DNA from: Rebecca billardiae RCC1528 | Taxonomy: Eukaryota; Protista; Haptophyta | Assembly (NCBI GenBank): GCA_965240325.2 | Contig: OZ251247.1 | Location: forward strand, 62,001-126,000 | Reading direction: 5' to 3' | Length of the DNA: 64,000 nucleotides | Shown here: piece after piece, positions 59,730 through 64,000 of the stretch | How positions within the stretch are numbered: the first letter of the stretch is position 1 | Layout: the number at the start of each line of letters is the position of its first letter | Position numbers and translations under genes: made by a program | The notes under the pieces: model-generated | Told to the model about the DNA's origin: nothing | Databases searched by the model: none | The model's input: the letters and a program-made list of their open reading frames with translations, nothing else

Positions 59730-61665
59730 TGTTGTGCAGTTGGTTTTGGTGGGTCTGGCGCGAAGCTCACAAGGGGTCCGCAATGTACTGGAGACGCAAG
59801 CGCTGTGCAAATCCAGCCGCAGAATCCGGAGCAGCAGGACTCGGAGCCCAGAGCTCAGCGAATATCGCCCCAAGCAGCAGGCACGAGGTTGCCGCAAATG
59901 GCGGCACGCAGCGCCGCAGCAGCAAAGGGCATTCATTAACAGCTCTCTCGGCCCACGGCCGCCGCACCGAGCGCTGCCAGGCGCTCGTGCATTGCTCAGA
60001 CCCTCTCGCGCGGCGAGGGAGGCTCCCAAAGGCCCGCAGGCCTTCGTCATCGCGCACGTGTCAAGAGCTCCGCTTGAGCCTTGCCCAGGACTCGCAAACG
60101 TCCTCCATCGTCCTCCGGCCAGCGGCCGTCGAGGCTGCTCGGCTCCACTGTCCTCCGGCCAGTGGCTGCCGAGGCTGCTCTGCTCCACCGTCCTCCGGCC
60201 CGCGGCCGTCGAGGCTGCTCTGCCACCGTCCTCCGGCCCGCGGCCGTCGAGGCTGCTCTGCTCCACCGTCCTCCGGCCCACGGCCGTCGAGGCTGCTCTG
60301 CTCCACCGTCCTCCGGCCCGCGGCCGTCGAGGCTGCTCTGCCCCACCGTCCTCCGGCCTGCGGCAGTCGAGGCTGCTCTGCTCCACCGTCCTCCGGCCCG
60401 CGGCCGTCGAGGCTGCTCTGCTCCACCGTCCTCCGGCCCGCGGCCGTCGAGGCTGCTCTGCTCCACCGTCCTCCGGCCTGCGGCCGTCGAGGCTGCTCTT
60501 TGCGGCCCGCCGGGCCCTAGAACCCGGCCCGCAAGAGCTCCGCCTGAGCCTTGCCCAGGACTTGCAAACGTCCTCCACCGTCCTCCGGCCAGCAGGCCGT
60601 CGAGTCAAAGGCTTAGCACGCCGCAGGCGCCGCTTATGCCCGCAGGCAGCAGCCCGAGGCAACACCGAACACAGCAGGCATGTGTGACTTCCTGCTAAGC
60701 ATCACAGTATGCACTAGCAGTACTACTCGGAAGGTGCATTCATCAGCCGCCCAATAAGGCATAAGCGGATCATCATCCTGCATATCGTTATGCAGAAGGG
60801 GTGGATGCCCAGCGCCGGTGCGGAGTCCCATGGCTGTCCGTCCGGCGCTCGCCGTGCAGAGGCAGCTCCGCCGAGCAGCAAGGCGCATCAACGGCGGCAT
60901 CAAGCCAGCCGTGCTGCAGCAGGCAGATTCACTTGGCACTGCAGCATACGGGCAAGGCGGCAGAGCCTGCCTCGCTAATTAGGCCAACAGGCCGCTGGAG
61001 ACCAGCAGGCCTGCACCGCCGCTCACTTGCTGGAACCTGGGTATACAGGGCCGCTACCGGTTGCTATCAGCGCACTGGCCCGCAGCAGGCCGTAGGCCGC
61101 AGCAGAGGCCGCTCAACGCCTGCCTCGTCGTCAAAGGGCAGCAAAGCAATCGAAAAGCGACCACCGCCACTGTGCGCATCATGCAGTTGGGATACGGATT
61201 ACGGTCCCCGACCCTACAAGCACAGCCACCGGCGACGCCCTGTGGAACGATTGGGAACGTCAGCGCGGCAAACACGTCGCAGCCGCAAGTACCCTGGTGG
61301 CACAGTGGGCTGCAACCACTCGGGCCTCCACTTGGAGGTATCCCAACTGTCGTCGACGTCGCCGATCTGGTGACTGCGTAGCAGTGGGCATAACATACTA
61401 CATCATATTACATTGGCATTGCTGATCATGCGGCGAACAAGGAACAAGGACCGCTTGTGTTGTGCAGTTGGTTTTGGTGGGTCTGGCGCGAAGCTCACAA
61501 GGGGTCCGCAATGTACTGGAGACGCAAGCGCTGTGCAAATCCAGCCGCAGAATCCGGAGCAGCAGGACTCGGAGCCCAGAGCTCAGCGAATATCGCCCCA
61601 AGCAGCAGGCACGAGGTTGCCGCAAATGGCGGCACGCAGCGCCGCAGCAGCAAAGGGCATTCATT
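59730..61665 (+). mobile_element. LTR/TRIM-like unit with apparently identical 208-bp direct repeats (59730-59937, 61458-61665)
   Basis: Repeats start TGTTGTG and end CATTCATT; no target-site duplication, primer-binding site or gag/pol motif found. Confidence 0.55.
60102..60500. repeat. 40-bp minisatellite of about 10 units
   Basis: ctccaccgtcctccggcccgcggccgtcgaggctgctctg repeated head-to-tail; a 46-bp leader recurs at 60062 and 60532. Confidence 0.93.
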
Positions 61666-64000
61666 GTGGCAAATCTTCCCACCCACCCACCCTGACTACC
61701 AGGCAAGCAGCTGAGGTTGCTCACCACTGGCCCCAGCAGGAGCTGACACCAGTGCCGGCTATGCACTACCACAGCAAGGGTGGCTCTCTCACTGCCAGCA
61801 GGCAGTCGACACAGGGCACTGGTTGGACGCAGGAGGCAGCTCACTCCCAGATGCCGATGGCGCAAGTGTGTGCTTGAGCACTTCCGCCCAGTGGGGATGC
61901 GCTGGAATTTTTTTCATGCCCCGTTCGCGGCACTTCGCGCCGCCACAGTGGAGAAAGATCGGGCCGGAAGCCGTTTGAGCATGGTCGGTCGTGCGCACGC
62001 CCATTCGAATCGATGGCGCGCTCCGAGCGGCGGGCGTGCGCGCATGACTGCCGCGAGGGGGGCTGCGAGGCGTCGGCCGGCTTGCCAAGGCGGTTCCCTG
62101 GGGCGGCGTCACCCTCCCCCGCCCCTCCTCGCCCACCCTCGCCCCACGGGCGGCCACACGTGACCTGTTAAGATGAGGTCACGGGGGCCGCGCGGCACGC
62201 GCGCGGAGAGGCGAGGAAGTGGTGTTTCGCGGAAAAACGCAACGTCGCATTGTGCTCAACCCATGTGGGCACCCGCTCCACAAGTTTGCGGTACGCCAAA
62301 CCGCACACAGCGGCCTGAGCAGCTCCCAGACTGACTTTCGCTCTTGAAGCCTGTTTTGGGGCCAGATCTTGGTGTGGATGTAGCGCGGCGAGGAGGCGCC
62401 GGGCGCGCGCCCGAGCTGCGTGCTGCCACTCGTCATGACCCATAGACATCGTCCGTCGCGAACGACCCGGCTCGCCTCGACCTCTCCGACCCGCCGGGCA
62501 GCCACGACCGAGCGCGCAGCCAACGGTGTCCAAACAGAGGCTTCTCAGACCGCGTGGGATGGGCATAGGCGCGAGAGAGGGCGCCCAGCGCGCTCTTGAG
62601 ATGCACAGGAGCACGCACTGATGCGTATGGAACCATCCCATCACGATCGCCCCGACCTGGCGCGCCCTATCTGGCCCGTCAGGCTGCCCGCGCCGCCGCC
62701 GCCGCGCCACGCCGCCGCCCAGGGGCGCCGCCGCACCGCGGGCACATGGGTAAGTCCGTATTCAACAAATACAGAATTTCCGGTGCGGCCCTCTTTTGGG
62801 CGGCAAGGTCGGTCTGGTCGACACCTGCCGCGCGGCATGGGCCACGGCGCGGCGAGGTGGCGGCTGGCGCACCGCGGCGTGGGCGGGATGGCTCGAGGAC
62901 ACCACCGCCCCGCCTCCCACGCCGCGCCGTGCGCGTGCGCCGTGCTCTCGTCGCGTACCGATTTTCCTGCGGCGAGCGACGTCCAACAGCGCGACCATGC
63001 CATCGCGCGACGAGGTGCGTTCAGCTCGGCGATTTGTCGTATTTGTTGAATACATGCGGGTACGAATCGACCGCAAGGAGCGGCAAGGACGCCCTCGACG
63101 CACACGTCGAGAGCCACGCGCGCGGCGTGGACTGGCACGCGACGCGGAGATGGCGGGCGCGGTGCCGCGGGCGCGCGACTGGTCTAGAACATCCCAATGA
63201 AGCACGGGACGGCGCTGCGCGCCTGTGCTCGCCGCCATCTCCTCGCAGGCGAAAATATCTGTGCACCCTTCTGTGTGGCTAGTCGACCGGCCGGCACGCG
63301 GCACGCGAGCAGTGTGTGTGGGGAGGAGTGTGACATGGCAGGCTGTGGCGAGGTGGATGGCCGTGCAGGTATACGCTAGGAAGGGCCGCTCCCGCGCTCG
63401 CGCGGTGCCTCGCGCACGCCTCGTCGAGGACGAGCGTGTTTGAATGGCTCCGGAGCCAAGGCTTACGATCGCTCGTTGATGGGCAGCGCGCGACACGTGC
63501 ACACGACGAAGGTGACGACCAGGCACTCCGGCGAGGGCGGCTGTGCTGGTAGCAGACTGCATTCGGAGTAAGATGCGCCATCTTACGCGCCGCTTCGCCT
63601 CGCTGCATCGCCGCACTGAGCAGCAGGGCTCCACGCTCACGAATGGCTCACCACGAGCTACGTGACCGCGGCCAGCCGCGTGCCAACCCGGCGAGGCAGA
63701 GAGGGGCGGAGGGATGGGGAGGCTGGGTGGGATGTTGCAGTCCCATGCCCGGGGCACTCGCCAGGCGCCTGCGCGACCACCGTAGCGTCGTCTGTGCGCT
63801 CGTGCGGCCCGCGCGAGAAATTCCCCGAAAATCGGCTCGTGTCGGACGGGTTACGGTAACGATAATCCCGTTTTTGTTCACTCGCCTGCCTGAGCTGTGT
63901 GCGTCTCTTATTCTTAGTAAACTGTAGTGTCAATGAATCATCGTCGTGCGCGCGCATCAGCCTCTGCTCCGTCTGGCAGCTCACGCTGCGCTCGGGCTGA

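Larger units (their letters stand above)
59707..63861. mobile_element. Element of about 4.2 kb bounded by a 19-bp perfect inverted repeat
   Basis: cgttaccgtaacccgtccg (59707-59725) and cggacgggttacggtaacg (63843-63861); weak similarity continues about 20 bp outward, so the true ends may be near 59685 and 63882. Confidence 0.65.

Noticed and set aside
60102-60500. Regular 40-bp repeats resembling a CRISPR array
   Set aside because: Units are head-to-tail with no unique spacers, there are no cas genes and the context is eukaryotic; it is a minisatellite.

Overview
Very GC-rich eukaryotic genomic DNA with short GT-AG introns full of (GC)n/(GTGC)n runs. A plastid-type PDH E2 with a signal peptide and TTAGGG repeats suggest an alga with a complex plastid, probably a haptophyte (inference). 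I reconstructed seven spliced genes by hand: a membrane hybrid histidine kinase, a cyclin Y-like gene, a dihydrolipoamide acetyltransferase head-to-head with a KDSR/TSC10-like reductase, a very large HSF-domain factor, RPS5, and a multi-pass membrane protein with a TIR-like domain and a C-type lectin domain. Five intronless F-box + RCC1-repeat paralogues lie among them. Their scaffold is nearly invariant, their propeller-face loop residues differ in almost every copy, and sequence blocks are shared in a mosaic pattern. Two repeat-rich blocks (about 3.6-10 kb and 49.3-64 kb) hold nested non-autonomous transposon-like elements, (TA)n tracts and tandem arrays. The two strongest candidates for undescribed biology are the lectin-TIR receptor-like gene and the diversifying F-box-RCC1 family. 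Most long ORFs in the supplied track are GC-content artefacts. All domain calls are from motif recognition, not database searches.
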